This document shows, piece after piece, positions 47,980-62,164 of a stretch of DNA of 64,000 nt; the first letter of the stretch is position 1; each line of letters begins with the position of its first letter. This DNA comes from Mustelus asterias (taxonomy: Eukaryota): assembly GCF_964213995.1 (NCBI RefSeq), contig NC_135801.1, forward strand, positions 150,226,001 through 150,290,000, written 5' to 3'. Below the pieces are notes generated by a model. It saw nothing but the letters and a program-made list of their open reading frames with translations, was not told the origin of the DNA and searched no databases. The position numbers and the translations under genes were made by a program.

Positions 47980-50900
47980 CTATATAAAGGGTAAGAGGTT
48001 AATGAGGGAAAGTGCAAGACCCATTAGAGACCAAGAAGGTAATCTGTGTGTGAAGCCTCAGGCATTAGAAGGGTGTTAAATGAATACATCCCAGAAGGAG
48101 AACATTGCCCCATTTCCTGAATCTGTGTCTATGAGAACCTTGAGCAGTTTGACATAGAAACAGGCTTAAAAATGGACAAATTCAAAAACTGTTGTGGGAG
48201 CAAGGCAAGAAATTGTAGGGGGAGGGGATGCCAGAGGATGGCTAATGAGGTTCCACTTTTCAAGTGTGGTAGAGAAGGACCAGGGAATTACAGACCAGTG
48301 AGTCTCACACCTGTGGTAGGGAACCGATTGAGAATATTCTGAAGGTGAGAATTAATGGTTGTAAATTGAAAGAGGTGGATACTCAGCAAGACCTTGGTGT
48401 CCTTGTGCATCAGTTGCTGAAACTAAGTGTGCAGGTACAGGGGGTAATGAAGGAGGCAAATGGTATGTTGGCCTTCATAGAGAGAGGATTTGAGTATAGG
48501 GATGTTTTTCTACAATTGTATAGGACATTGGCGAGGCCACACCTGGAGTAGACTGCAGCAAAGGTTTACCAGGCTGATGCCTGGGATGGCAAGTCTGTCA
48601 TATGAGGAGATACTAAGTTGGTTAGGATTATATTCACTGGAGTTTAGAAGAGTGAGGGCGGATCTCATAGAAGCTTATAAAATTTTAAGTGTAGATTCAG
48701 AAAGAATGTTTCCAATGGTGGGGGAGTCCAGAACTTTGTGGATAAGGGGTATACATTTTAGAAAAGAGGTGAATCTGTGGAATTCACTACACATAATGTG
48801 GTTCTTAAGTGTTCATGGGCAGAGATGTCAGTTAGGGCAGTGATATGCTCTTCCTGCCAGATGTGGGAGATCCAGGAGTTTTGTAGCATCCCTGACGACT
48901 TTGTCTGCGGGAAGTGTGACCAGCTGCAGCTCCTCATAGACCATGTGGAGCAGCAGCTGAATACACTGCGGAGATACAGGGGACAGAGAGTGTAATAGAC
49001 GCTAGCTTCAGAGAGGTGGTCACACCACAGGGTGACTGCTAGGAGACGTAGACAAGGCAGGAGTCTGAAACAGGTTGAAAGAGACCTGATAGCAGTCTTC
49101 AAAATTATGAGAGGCATAGGCAGAATGGATGGTCAGAGTCTTTTTCCAAGGATGGAAGTGTCAATTACAAGGGGGCACAGATTCAAGGAGAGAGGTGGAA
49201 GTTTAAGGAAGATGTGCAGGGGAAGTTTTTCATGCAGAAAGAGTGGTGGGTGCCTGGAACATGCTGCCAGAGGAGGTGGTGGAAGCAGGCACATTAGCAA
49301 TATTTAAGAGGCATCTGGATGGGTACATGAATAGGGAGGGATATGGACAGAGTAAGAGCAGAAGGTTTAAGTTTAGTCAGAGCATCATGATCGGCACCAG
49401 TTTGAAGGGCCAAAGGGCCTGTTCCTGTGCTGTACTTTGTCGTCCGACTTCATATAGATATGGCTCTCGGGGCTAATTTCTTCTTGTTTATCTCTACTTC
49501 TACTTGGAAAGGCACAAGTTAATTACAGATAATCAGCATGGTTTTGTCAGAGGGAGATGTTGCCTAAAACATTTCATAGAATTTTTCTGAAAATGATCAG
49601 TGTGTGGATGAGGGAAGTATAGCTAATGTCATTTAAATGGATTTTAGCAAAGCCTTTGACAAGATCCCACATGGGAAACTGATGAGAAGGTTGAAGCACG
49701 TGGAATTCAGGAAACTTGGGTGCGAGATGGTTCAGGGCAACTTGGCAAGCTGGATCCGAAACTGGCTTAGTGATAGGAAAAAGGAGGGTGGTAGAAGTCA
49801 ATTTCAGTGATTGGAGGCCAATGTTCAATGGCATATCACAAGGTTCAGTGCTGAGACTTTTATATACATAAATGATATAGATGAGCATGTGGGACGGGGA
49901 AATGAGAAGTAAATTTACAGAAGATTGGTAGGGTGGTTAATAGTGAAGGTGGTTGTAGATTACAGCAAGCTATACATGGTTTGATCAGAAGAGCACAGCA
50001 GTGGTAGAGGAAATCATAGAATCCCTATGGTGCAGAAAGAGGCCATTTGTCCTTCCACCAACAAAATCCCATCCAGCGCCTATCCCCACACGCCTATGCA
50101 TTTACCCTGCTTGTCCCCTGACACGAAGGGACAATTTATCATGACCAATCAATCTAACCTGCACATCTTTGGACTGTGGGAGGAAATCAGAGCATCTACA
50201 GGAAACCCACACAGACACGCGAAGGACATGCAAACTCCACACAGACAAACAGTGCCCCAAGGCTGGAATTGACCCTGGGTCCCTGGTGCTGTGAGGCAGC
50301 AGTGTTAACCACTGGCGTTGTGCCATGAGGTGATGCACTTTGGAAGAAGAAACAAGACAAGGGATTAATGAATGCAGGACACTGGGAAGCTCAGAGGAAC
50401 CAATGGATCTTGGGGTACTTATTCAGATTCCTGAAGGTGGCAAAGCAGGAGACTAGGGTAGTTAAGAATGCATGTGGGACACTTGCTTTTATCGGCTGTG
50501 GCATAGAGTACAAGAGCAAGGAGGTAATTAATGCTGGAGTTGTACAGAGTATTGGTTAGGCCACAGCTGGAGTACTGGTCACCTCAATATATTTCATTTG
50601 AGGGGGTGCAGAGGAGATTCAGTAAGATGTTGACTTGGATGGAGTATGAGCTATAAGAGACTGGATCGGCTTGGACTGCTTTCTTTAGAGCAGAGAAGAG
50701 ACATGATTGAGGGGTATGGACAGGGTGAATAGGGAGCAACAGTTCCTCTTGGCTGAGGGGTCAAGGGAGCATAGTTTTAGGGTGAGAAGCAGGAGATTCA
50801 GGAGAGACTCGAGAGAAAAAAAAAATCACAGACCGGTGAGAATTTGGAATGCACTGCCCGGAAAGGTAGTGGTATCTCAAACTTATTTGAATGAGCACTT

Positions 50901-51030
50901 GAAATATCATAACATTCAAGGATATGGGACAGGTGCTGTAAAACTGGATTAGCGTGACTTTAATGGTAGTTATTGTTGGTGCAGATTCAATGGGCCAAAG
51001 GGCCTTTTCTGCGCTGTATGACTATAATCT
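47980..51030 (+). mobile_element. Cluster of degraded CR1 fragments, including an ORF1 N-terminus at about 48826-49040
   Basis: MSVRAVICSSCQMWEIQE...FVCGKCDQLQLL (CR1 ORF1 zinc finger); several ORF2 C-terminal pieces and 3' UTRs. Confidence 0.8.
50015..50325 (-). mobile_element. HE1-type SINE nested in CR1
   Basis: ctgcacatctttggactgtgggagg...caaactccacacagac...gtgaggcagcagtgttaaccact. Confidence 0.85.
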
Positions 51031-51519
51031 TGACGTTCAAGGATAATTTGAAGACTGAGCACTTTCCAGGCCCAAATGTGGCAACCTTTGGATCATTTGT
51101 GTGACAAAGTGAACAGTAATCTGATCAGTATAGCTAATCACCCACAGTATAGTTTGATGAGCTTGATTTCTGAATCAAGATTGCAAGGGCGGCTCAGGCC
51201 TTATTTACAAGATTGCTCATTCAGTCAATCTTCTATCTCAGAGCTATAGGAATCTCAATACGCATCTTGTCCTGTAAAGGTAGGTTTACGGTAGACAATA
51301 GTGAAGAACACATTAGCCTGGTCTACCTCAGATTACCATGGAATGGCAAAATGTCAATAATTGAAGCAATTTCTTACAGTTAAGTGTTATTTTCCACTAA
51401 CAGGATGCAGCCTGTCTATAAAGTAAATTTGCCTACTGTACAATTAAGCAAACTCACATGAATTTCAGAGCTGATGGGATCCTAGGCATGTAGGCCATTG
51501 ATTGGCTGATGACATGTTC

Positions 51520-53480
51520 CTTTGGCTGTTCATAAACCGTTTTCAACCCTGCATTCGCCACTATCGGGGCTCATGACCCTCTAGAGAAACATTTCTCCTC
51601 ATTTCCATCTTAAATGGAAAGCCCCTTGTTTTTGAACTATGTAACCCTGTTCTAGTCTCTGCCACAAGAGGAAGCGTCCTTTCAACATCCACCCTGCCCA
51701 GTCCCCACAGAATCTTTAAACTGTTTTTAAAAAAAAACAGCTTTCATTTGTCTAACCCCAATGGATGCAGGCCCATCTTGATCTATCTTTCCTCACAAGA
51801 ACGAATCTTGCTGCTAATGCATTTACATTTCCGCATCACTTGCTGTACTTGGACACCCAGATCCCACTGTATCTCAAAGAGTTTGTAATCTCTCTTCGTT
51901 TAAATAATCCAAATTTTCCCTAATTATTCTCCATCTGACCACTCACTCAACCTATCCATATCCCTCTGCAGTACGTCCTTTTCACAACTTACCCAAATTT
52001 AGTCTCCACGGATATAAATTGCAAATAGTGGAGGCCTCAGCACAGATCCCTGTGGCACTCCACTCGTTAAATCTTGCCAACCTGAAAAAGACCCATTTAT
52101 TGCTACTCTCTCATGCTAATTTATGTTACCCCCAACACCACAAGTTCTTATTTTGTGTAGTATCCTTTGAAGTGGCACCTTGTCAAGTCCCTCCTGGAAA
52201 TCCCAATACATGCACGAACAGTTTCTCCTTTATCCACATTAGTCAGATAATTTCTTTCATGTTGACACTGCCAGATTTACTTGAGATTTTCTAAGTGCCC
52301 TGCTATAACCTCCTTAATAATAAATTCCAGCAATTTCCCCATGACAGATTAACTTCTCTGTAGCTTCCTGCTTTCTTTCTTGAATAAGCTGTCACATTCA
52401 CCTTTTCAGAATCTAGGAAACTTTGGAACATTAAAACCAGTGTATCTACTATCTCAGCAGTCACTTTTAGACTCTAGGATGAAGTCCAACAGGACCTGGA
52501 GACTATTTTTCTCAGTACCCCGTCCCTAGTTGCTGTAAATTATTTTAAGTTCCTTCTTCACCTCCTGGCTCACAATTATTTCTATCTGCTACACTGAAGC
52601 GAGATGCAAAATCTGTTCTTCTACTATCTTCCATTCTCAAGAGGACCAACACAATATTTCTTTACAAATGCCTGTAAAAACTCTATGTCACCTCATACTC
52701 TAATTTCTCCAACCTTTTGGCATTCTTTGCTGTTTCCAATATTCTGACCTGCTACTCATTTGAGAGAATTATATGTGAGAATTTAACTTCCTTAGTTAGC
52801 CACGGATGCTGCACCCTTTCCTTCCTCCTCACGAGAATATATTGAATATTATGAAATAGCTCTTTAAATATTCATCATTGTGTCTCTACTAACTTATCCA
52901 CCCACCCCCCCCCCCCCCAACTTAATTTCCCAGTGCACTTTAGACAGCTGAGTCTTTGTGCCCTCATAATTGCCCTTATTTAAGTTTAAAAAACTCACCT
53001 CGGATCCATTCCTCTCTCCCTCAATACAGAAGGTGAAATTTAATCATATTATGATCACTGTTACCTAGGGGTCCCTTCACTATGAGGTAATTAATTAATC
53101 CAGTCTCATGCTCTCTGGTTGGTGCTACAATGTGATGACCGAAGAAACCTTCTTGAAAAGTCACTTGAATGAATTGCTCATTCAGGCTACCTTTGCCAAT
53201 CTCATTTGTCCAACCTGTATGTCAATTGAAATCACCCATTATTATCAGTGTACCTTTCTCACAAGCTTCCATTATTTCTTGGTTACTGTTATCAGGCCTA
53301 TAAACCACTCCCGTCTTACCTTTCTAATCTCCACCCAAACTGATTCTACATTTTGATCTCTAGAACCAAGTCCATCTTTTTCTATTGTACCAATGTCATC
53401 TGACTAAACAGAGCTCTCTACCACTTCACCTTTTCCTGGCTTCCTGTAATTATATTCAGGTCCCACTCTTTGTCCCTATG
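51520..53480 (-). mobile_element. Highly degraded CR1
   Basis: CR1 3' blocks reversed (tctagtctctgccacaagagg) and APE-region blocks (atattatgatcactgttacctagg). Confidence 0.6.
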
Positions 53481-55544
53481 AGAAGCAACATTTATAAGCA
53501 GGGACCCATTCATTGCAAACAAAAGGAATACATTCACTGCACCCGATCAGTGTAGCAATCAGGGAAAATAACAGATGAGGCCAAAACTTCTTAGCATCAG
53601 AGTACCTGGATTTCTATATCACCTCTCCAGTGAGATGTCATGCCAGTGTGAATCACTACTGCTCTCCACCAGCTGAAGACTACCCACCTGGCACCATTGG
53701 TTGGGCTCTAAGTGCTGGCAACCCATGTCAGTGTGGCAGGACAACATGCTGTTGATGAAGGGGAGTGGGAGGAGGTTGGGGTGCCAAGCGCTCTAACGCT
53801 GGTTTCACCAGCATGTGTAGGCTCCATGCCCCACCACCCAGCTGTCAATTAAAGTGTGACCGTGCTGGAAGATTGTAGTGTGGAGCTCTGTTCCCCTATC
53901 CTTAAGCTTGAAAAGATGACTGTGGTCTTTCAATGACTTCCAAAGGTTTCAATGTATTCAACTCAATGCTTTGGTTCCAAAGCTGTGCAATGGAAGTCCA
54001 TTAATGCAGTTCTGATACCACTAATGTTTTCTGCTCAGCAGGGGTTGATGATGCAGCTATGAAGGGGCTATGTGTCTATTTATCTTCAAAGTTTTATGAT
54101 TAGTTATGTTTTTTGACTGAATATTTGTTTATTTTGACAATTCCAGATTTCCCAATCTTTTCATTGGGCTCAAGCATTCTTTTGTGTAATTTAAAGTTCT
54201 TTCACAGGATGTGAGCACCATTGGCTAGGTTAGCATTTGTTGCCCATCCCCAATAGCCTTTGGTGGGTGAGAGAGCATGGAGAGGTAAAGGGGTATGAGT
54301 GAGTGGGCATAGGGCGAGGGTTAGAAAGCCTCATTGATCTACTGAACTAATGGCCCAGCAAACAGAGGGGGGACTTTCTAACCTGGTCTTGGCATCATCC
54401 CATCTCCATTTTGGGAGGCATCAGTTCCAACTTCAGCCTGTTCTCTTCTCTTGGGGGGCACAGCCACTCATGAAGCAAAATCACAAACCTGCTTGTTCTG
54501 AATTGTATGTTCTTCTGGCAGGTCACAATGTGACACTGAAGCAATCCGTTAGCTCACCATCCCCTCTGCTGGATCGATGGAGGAGATAGAAGAGGGAAAA
54601 GGTTGAAAAAAATAAGCCATAGCATGATTGCTTATGAACTCTGAATTTACTGAAGAAAATGCCTGCTTATCTTCGTAAAGTGGAGAGCAACTAACCGAGA
54701 CATCTCAATGACCTAATCAGCATTGGGAAGAAAGAACTATGTCTGACAGAGTTAGTGGGTATTAAGTTACATGGCACAGTGGAAAAATAACACAAATATT
54801 TTCTGTGATATTATCTATGTTAATTTTTTTTTAAAGTGTTAATAATGAGTTGAAAACAATTATTTTCACCTCTCCTAGCCTTGGATTACTCCTTAATTGG
54901 CCAATTAACTAACCACTTAAGAGTCATCTGAAAGCAGTTAGCGGATTCCATTTGGATTGTGCATGGAGTTGTCTCAACATTTGGACGCTTGCCCTTCAGC
55001 TGCATTTATCCATCAATTCTATAACTTGATCAGTTTGCAACTTCATTTACTCTCATCATCCCCAGGGCATTGCTGCGATTCCTCCACCAATCTATTTTCA
55101 TTTTAATTATTGTTTTCTGCTGCTTCTACAAACAGGAGGAAATATTATAAAATAGCAATGGTCAATTAGTTCGCTGACTATTGGAGACTGAACCTGCATT
55201 TTAGATCCAAGAGGCAAAAGGTAGACAGAAACATAATCTCTTCCCTCCTGTGGTATCCCCCAATTGCTCTCCATTCCCTTCCATATAAAATCGTCACAAA
55301 ATTAACCATAATACCATGTATGATTATGGAATTTTAATATAGCAGAAAACAAATGTCATCTCTGAACAGCATCAGCTGATTCTGTCCAGATGCACTTTTG
55401 ACTGTTTGAAACTTTGGAGTGCATTAAAATCAGAGGCTATTATATTCTCAGTATTTTTAACTGTAAAGGCTTCTCTTCATGACAGTTTAGGGTTTGTGAT
55501 GTTACGGCTGCTTGCCTGGTCATTCTCTCTCCTTCAACCCTCAC

Positions 55545-55625
55545 CGGAGTGTAGCAACATGCATATATGTTAGACCAGCACTGGCAAAGACCTGGGGAGC
55601 TGTTTGCCCAGCCTGCCTTTTCTGG
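55545..55625 (-). other. Candidate 81-nt internal exon of the host gene
   Basis: Minus strand ttattccctctcttctAG|ccagaaaagg...ctacactccg|GTGAGg; symmetric and open in phase 2 (QKRQAGQTAPQVFASAGLTYMHVATL). Confidence 0.4.
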
Positions 55626-55843
55626 CTAGAAGAGAGGGAATAAAGTGATTGCAAACTTAAAAGCTTTTACGCAGCATTAGCCAGATCTTTCAGCTTGAAT
55701 CAACGTCGAGGTAGAATTCCATTCTTCACACCACCGCCCCCCACCCGCATCCAATTCATTCTCCAAGAACCTCTCCTAACTGATCAGCACCATAAGATTT
55801 AAAAATCAGTAAAATATATATAGTTAAATACAGCTTCGGTTTG

Positions 55844-55871
55844 ATGCAAATTGCGAGAACCATATTTGCAT
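55844..55871. promoter_or_regulatory. Inverted pair of perfect octamer (POU) motifs
   Basis: ATGCAAAT-(12 nt)-ATTTGCAT in repeat-free DNA. Confidence 0.4.
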
Positions 55872-57053
55872 GCTATTTCAATTTACTGAAAGTGGGATCT
55901 AATACTGTTTTCAGAGGAAACCTCAAATAAAAAGGGTCAAGGTACAAGATAGGAGTGTCATTAGACAGCAAATGATGCTGCATCATTTTGTCTCTGGAGC
56001 ACACAGGAATAGGGCATCATCGCCAGGTTCTGCAGGTCCATTTTCTACAATAGGTCTCTCTACACGTTCACATACTATTCCACAACATGCCTTTGGAAGC
56101 TGCGCCGAGCAAGTATCACGGTGAGAAGTTGCTGAGTTCACGCTTGGGGAGCATTTGCATTGTGCCAGGGACTGAAGCCACAGAAGATTAGGATCCTAGA
56201 TAATTACAGCAAGGAAACGAAGACCCTCACAACATCACATGCAGCTTTTGGACAAAAGCTTCTCCCTTTCATCATATTCTAACAAAAAAAACGCACACCA
56301 CTTCTTTTAAAAAAAATAACTGCAATAAATCATAAAATTGAACCGCAGCCACAGTTATTATTCATTGGTGTTAAAAATGTCTGGTGGCATATTTTTCGCT
56401 GCAATCCACCTTGCAAGTCATTTTTGGAGCACTTCCACTCCAAGCTACCCTTTTTCAGCCGTGCAAACAGGGCTGCCTCTCACAGTTCCCCATTGACACA
56501 TCCAGAGAAAACCTCCGTCTTTCCCACTTCTCACAACAACCTTCTTGTTAACCTTCATGTTGCAGCCAGCTGCAAAATAATTGCGCTTATAAACTACTCA
56601 AATAATTCGCGTCACATAGAGGAAGAGAGGATTTCAGACAAACCTTGCCAGGGATCAAACTTAATATAACGTTAGTATAAAATCTCAGCATCAATGTGAG
56701 ACACATGAAAGAGTCGATACCAACGTATATATGCCACAGATATTTTACAGACACATGGCACGATTAAACTGTCCAAAAGCAACAAGCTGAATAAAACGGG
56801 ACACATTCTCACTCAGTTATACTGAGATACTGCATAAGAGATTAAATATTCATTCATCGCCTACCCCGAGGGCCATTTTTTTTGTTGCTTTCCAAATAGA
56901 TGTTATGATCCTGGTAAACAATAACATTTTTTCTTGTAAACACCTGCCAGTACAGGCGATTACAGTGAATTTGTGAAAGGAGTGACTCATATACCATGTC
57001 ATCCCATTCTGAATCACAGCGCTCATTAAAAATATAGCACAGAATAAAATTAC

Positions 57054-57360
57054 CTGTAGATATTTTCCACAGAACAACTGAATAAATGGGTTGTCATCCC
57101 TATTAAATGGTAACACTGCAGCGTCCGGGAAGGCCTCTTGACTTTACCGGAAAATTAATAAAGGTCAGTCCAAAGGGACAGACAGTTCCTGAAGCCTCTC
57201 CATCTCAAATGCACCGAGTCCCAGTTTCAACACTTAGCCTTCAGTCCACCCACCCCTGACTCTAAAAGCATCATGTTTGGAGAAATAAAGAAAACAGGAT
57301 ACTCTAAAAGCTGCTGGCAGCTGGATTTTTAAAAAAAATCCCCTTCAGCCTGCATTTATA
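57054..57360 (-). promoter_or_regulatory. Candidate TATA promoter and first exon (ATG at 57097, MTTHLFSCSVENIY, phase-2 donor)
   Basis: TATAAAT at 57360-57354; donor ctacag|GTAATT at 57054/57053. Confidence 0.35.
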
Positions 57361-57994
57361 TTTGCTTGAAAGCTTTTTCTTCGAACTGACTAACGGTCGT
57401 GCCCTGCTAATAAACGGCGTTGGGAGATTAGCAATTAGCAGCTCGCAGTGATAAGCTAAACAGTCCCTTGATCTGAAGGTTTTTGGAAGTAATAGAGCAC
57501 TAGCAGGGGGAAAAAAAAGAGGAAAAAGCAAGAGGATTTCCGCTAAATCTAATCAATCAGGAATGCATAATAGCTTCCATGCAGAACTGCTGACACTGGG
57601 TCACCAGCTTCTGTGACCCCTAAACACAAGACCAGCACTACAAAAAAAGATGAGAGAATCCGAGCTAATTGTCTAGCAGTGCAGTGCTTTCTTCACTTTT
57701 CACCCAGCAGTACAGCTTCAACCACACCCGCACATTTCATGACAATCCAGTGAACATCTTTCATCCTCATTATTTCAATTTATCGCTTGGCTTTTTTCCC
57801 ACTAAACTCCCTCTACCTTCTCAGCAAACGCACAGGCAAAGCAGGAAATAGTACAGTATTTAAATTAATGCATTTCTAAGCCAACATTGTATAATTGTAA
57901 AATATAATGCACAGCATCAATAAAGGAGACTATATATAAATATATATATATATAAGCAGCACATTCAAGCTTGTTGTCATTTTATCTCACTTAC

Positions 57995-58200
57995 TGAAAA
58001 CGCTCTCACAGTAGCACCTCTCAGCAGAAGAGAAAGTTGCCAGTGTTGCCAGATTATTGCTACTTTGCCACCAGCTGCTCTGCACTGGATGCAGATTAAA
58101 GCACTTTTAAACTCCAGAGCCTCACCATGTGACCAGGCAGTCATTTATGATGGGCAGAATAAATTATCAGGCGAGCCTTGCACCCCCTAGCCAATGTTTG
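57995..58200 (-). promoter_or_regulatory. Candidate alternative promoter and non-coding first exon
   Basis: CCAAT near 58191, TTTAAAA near 58105-58111, donor tca|GTAAGT at 57995/57994. Confidence 0.3.
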
Positions 58201-59994
58201 GGGAAGTGTAGCTTTCTCACTAGTGTCTGCCAAACCTCCTAGAGCACAGTCTCCAGTCAAGCAAAGGAAGATTAAATATATTTTAAGTACACATATTACA
58301 AATATGTATCTGCTTTTCCAATATTGACTGTTTTTTGTTAGGAAGCGTAATGTGGGGGGTGTTGACAGTGGGTGAGGTTGGTGGTGTTGGAAGTTTAATT
58401 GATTGGGGAAGTCTTAAGTTTATTTCTTTGTGTGTGTTTATTTCTCGCTTTAACCCTCTCTGCTTGGAATGCAAGCTCCGAGCCGCTTTCTAAAGCACAG
58501 CAGCTAAACACACAGTACACATTAACAAATCAATACAAACAAAGGTCCTTGAGCCTCTGCATAAAACATGAGGCTCTTCTGAGGCTCTTTATCCTAATTG
58601 AGCTCTGATCCTGCCACCTCATTCAGAATGCACTATCTGATGTCTCAGCTGACAAGCATGGGGAGATTATATATATGCATACACACATATATAAATATAT
58701 ATATATACACGTATGTGCCAGAAATATGGAAATGATATCAATTTTTCGATGACTGCTCCATTTTTTCCCGCACAGCTGCTGCATTCATTTACTCAAAATA
58801 ATTTAGAGTGCTGTTTATTTGAACTGTCTTAAAATTTGACATTCCTTTAAACATCTTTGTCCCGTGGCTCTCTGACCGACTTTCCTCACAGAGTTTAGCA
58901 CACATTTAACCATCAGCAATGGAATTATCAGAAAAGTTAGGCGTTAGTTTGATGCGATGTGGTCTGGCCCCCAAGAACAGATTCAAAAAAAGCCAAGTCA
59001 ACTTCGTGGATACTGTTAAGCACTACAAAGATGTTCCAGTGTCCTGAAACGCTTGACAGATCCTTTATTTTACCCTTTCTTCTTTTCTCTTCTCCCTTTG
59101 TTTCATTTTCTCAACTGCTCTTTTCAACGTTACTGGAGGTCTGCTTAATCCTTCGTCTATACGTTTCTCTAAAAACTCAATAAAACTGGTGTGAAGTACC
59201 TGGATGGGTCACAGATAAAATTGGTTCCTATCTGCTGGAGTTGCTACTTGTGATGGTTGTAGGAAGAATTTTGCCCTGCAATACTATTATCATTGGGAGT
59301 TTTGTCAGGGTCAGTAACGTTTTCCGTAGGATATCTGAAAATAGCACCCGATTAGAATCTTTCTCTAACCCACTCTTGCTGCATTGGAATCTGATAAATG
59401 TATAGCCATTTTGCCAAGAAATGCTATGCTTGGCTGGGGATTTTTAATCTTCAGAATGAAACAGCCAATTTGCAAATCTTTATCTGCATTTAATCATTCA
59501 CTCAGCTATTCAATCTAAACAGTAATAGCAGAAAACACTTAAGAAATCGTATTTCACACAAAAGTGATTAGACTTCTAAAAGCATACTTGAAGTTTGGCA
59601 GCATTTTGTGTATTTAATGTGCTGATCATTAAAGAAAATCTCTAAGCTAAATTACTAACAGGAGAACTATTAAAACTCAAACATGTAATTGATGCTCAGA
59701 GCGGCAATACGCTAATACCGCTGCCGGACTTTGCAATAATACATCAAGACTCTCTCATGTTATCTGCTCCACTTTGCACATGCCTATGTTCATACACTTT
59801 TTGCACCTCTGGTATCTTTCCCCATCGTAATGGCATTGCTCATAGAACATCCTAAACAAAATGTAATAAAAGTAAGGATTTCCTTGATGGATAATTACAT
59901 AGTAGGTAACTGAGCCATACAGAATAGTGGAGTATTATGGCAGGCATGTGCTGAGTTACCCAACTTCGATTATTTTAAATGCACTTATGCGGTT

Positions 59995-60355
59995 TGGGCA
60001 TCACTGGCTCAGCCAGCATTCATTGTCCTACCCTAATTGCCCCGGGGAAGGTGATAGTGAGCTGACCTCTTGAACTGCTGCAGTTCCTGTAGTTTAGGTG
60101 CATGCAGTAGCACAGTGCTCTTAGGGAGGGAGCTCCATAATTTTAACCCAGCAACAGGGAGGAATGGCAATTTATTTCCAAGTCAGGATGATGAGTGACT
60201 TGAAGGGGAACTTCCAGGTGGAGGTGTTCCCATATGTCTGCTGCCCTTCTCCATCTAGATGGGAGTGGCCAGGGTTTGGAAGGTGCTGCTTAAGGAAACT
60301 TGGTGAGATCCTGCAGTGCATTTTGTAGATGGTACACACTGCTGCCACTGTTTGC
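59995..60355 (-). mobile_element. LINE 3' end (same family as 36075-36745), followed by a Penelope-type tail at about 60369-60415
   Basis: ccagcattcattgtcctaccctaattgccc...gaaggggaacttccaggtggaggtgttcccatatgtctgctgccctt. Confidence 0.7.
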
Positions 60356-62164
60356 TGGTGTGGATGACAATAAACCTGTTGGACTTTAACCTGGTGTTGT
60401 TAGACTTCTTACTGTGGGTGAAGGTGCCAGGAGACAGGAGTGGAGATGCAACAGTTGACCTCATCACCTTTGCACTAAGGAGGAGAGAAATATCATCCTG
60501 CTTTTGATTGTGACTTCTCGCACCATGCTGCAAAGTACAGATATATGAATATTGAGATGTGGGCAATGTTTGGTATACCTAAGACACATCCCATGGTCAA
60601 ATAGTCTCTTGATGCTGTTTAGTCTGATCTTTAAAGAATTGTCACATGGACGAGATTTTTAAATTACTGGAGAAAATTTATTCTACCTTGATTAACTGTT
60701 CTCACATGATTGTGGATGAAAAGGGAATAAAATGAATAGGGAAAAGGGACGTTCCGTCCTGTGTGGTTTCAATTGTATTATGAGTTCTTTGTTTTTCTAT
60801 GATTTCAATGGACTCCCAATGTGTTCTAATCCAGGTCTTAGCCACATTTCCTTCAGTTTGTAGCTGGAGTACACACAGAAGTTAGCAAATAAACTAATAG
60901 AAAATAAGCTCAAAACACTTGAACTTTTAATAATTAGATGTGAATATGATTTTCTTTCAATTTTCCCATTTCCACTTTGAGACATTAACTCCAGATGCAA
61001 ATCACACCCTAGTGCCTATTCTGCAAATATAGTAGAAAATAACTTCAGGCTAATGAACGACCAAGGGCATTGTGTGGTCCAATATTGCCCTCAGCCAATG
61101 ACAACATATACCCATCACTGGTGTCACTGAATAGATGATCGAGAGCAGAACTTGCATTGTCTATCCCCAGTTCTTGGGACATTAGAACCCCAACACTGCC
61201 TTGGTTGAGATCAGAAGGCATGTCACAGATGTGGCATCAAAGCTCGGGCCTTATGGTCTGTGGCACAGTATCACACCAAACTAAGGCTAGCTAAAGTAGT
61301 CAGGATTTAAAATCACTGATGGGACCATCTGATTTAAAACATTATGGTTTATTTTAACATTGTTGCTTTATCTGGTGTCAGCTGATTCTAAGTTTCTCAA
61401 TAAGAAAACATATTAGGGCTGTGGTGACTGGGGTGGGTAGGTAGAGATGGGGTGGTTGAGGGTGGGGGGGTGGGGGGGTCTGCTTGTTCTGATACTTGCA
61501 CAATATACCAAGGACCGTGAGTGGTTCATGGTACAGACTGGTCGATGTAAAGGAAGAGTCTTGCTGTGCTCCAAATTTGAAACTGTTATACTCTTACTCT
61601 GGTGATTCCAGATGAAAGCCAAGACTTTTCCTGTGTGTGGATAAATCCCTTACCAAATCTGCATAAAGGAACTACTCCTGGTGCGTTGTAAACTTCAAAT
61701 AATGTATGGGTGACTATTCTCAGTAAGCCACCGCACCTTTAATATGTGCTGGTAAAACAGCACTAGTTCAGCTCTAGGCAGGTTAAACCACTGTACAATG
61801 ATGAGAGAGAAACGTGCACATGTGGTTCCGATAATGCCTGACTCTGTTCTAGATATATACTCCATAGGAAAACAATTGGATGACAGCCTGATTGTTTCCC
61901 AGCCAAATTGGTATATATGGAGTGAAGAGGAAATGGGTTGGCACTGGAATTCTCCTGGATCAGTATTATTCCTTTATTTGATGTCAGCGATATGTATCTT
62001 TCATCAATGATAGGCGGTATGGTCCCATTGTCTGGGAGATTGGTTCAGATGCAGATGTAGAATTCAAGTATTGTAGACATTCCATGCCGTAAGGATTAGA
62101 AATGTCCCAGGATCAAACCTTGGTCCATGTTAAATCAACTGATTTCAGCAGGCGGCACAAGGCC

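Noticed and set aside
56400-56575. Minus-strand exon with acceptor ttttgcAG and ORF MKVNKKVVV...
   Set aside because: The ORF stops after 37 codons and the donor is weak; it may be UTR but cannot be supported as coding.
57930-57954. (TA)n tracts here and at about 58668-58710 as functional elements
   Set aside because: Ordinary short microsatellites.
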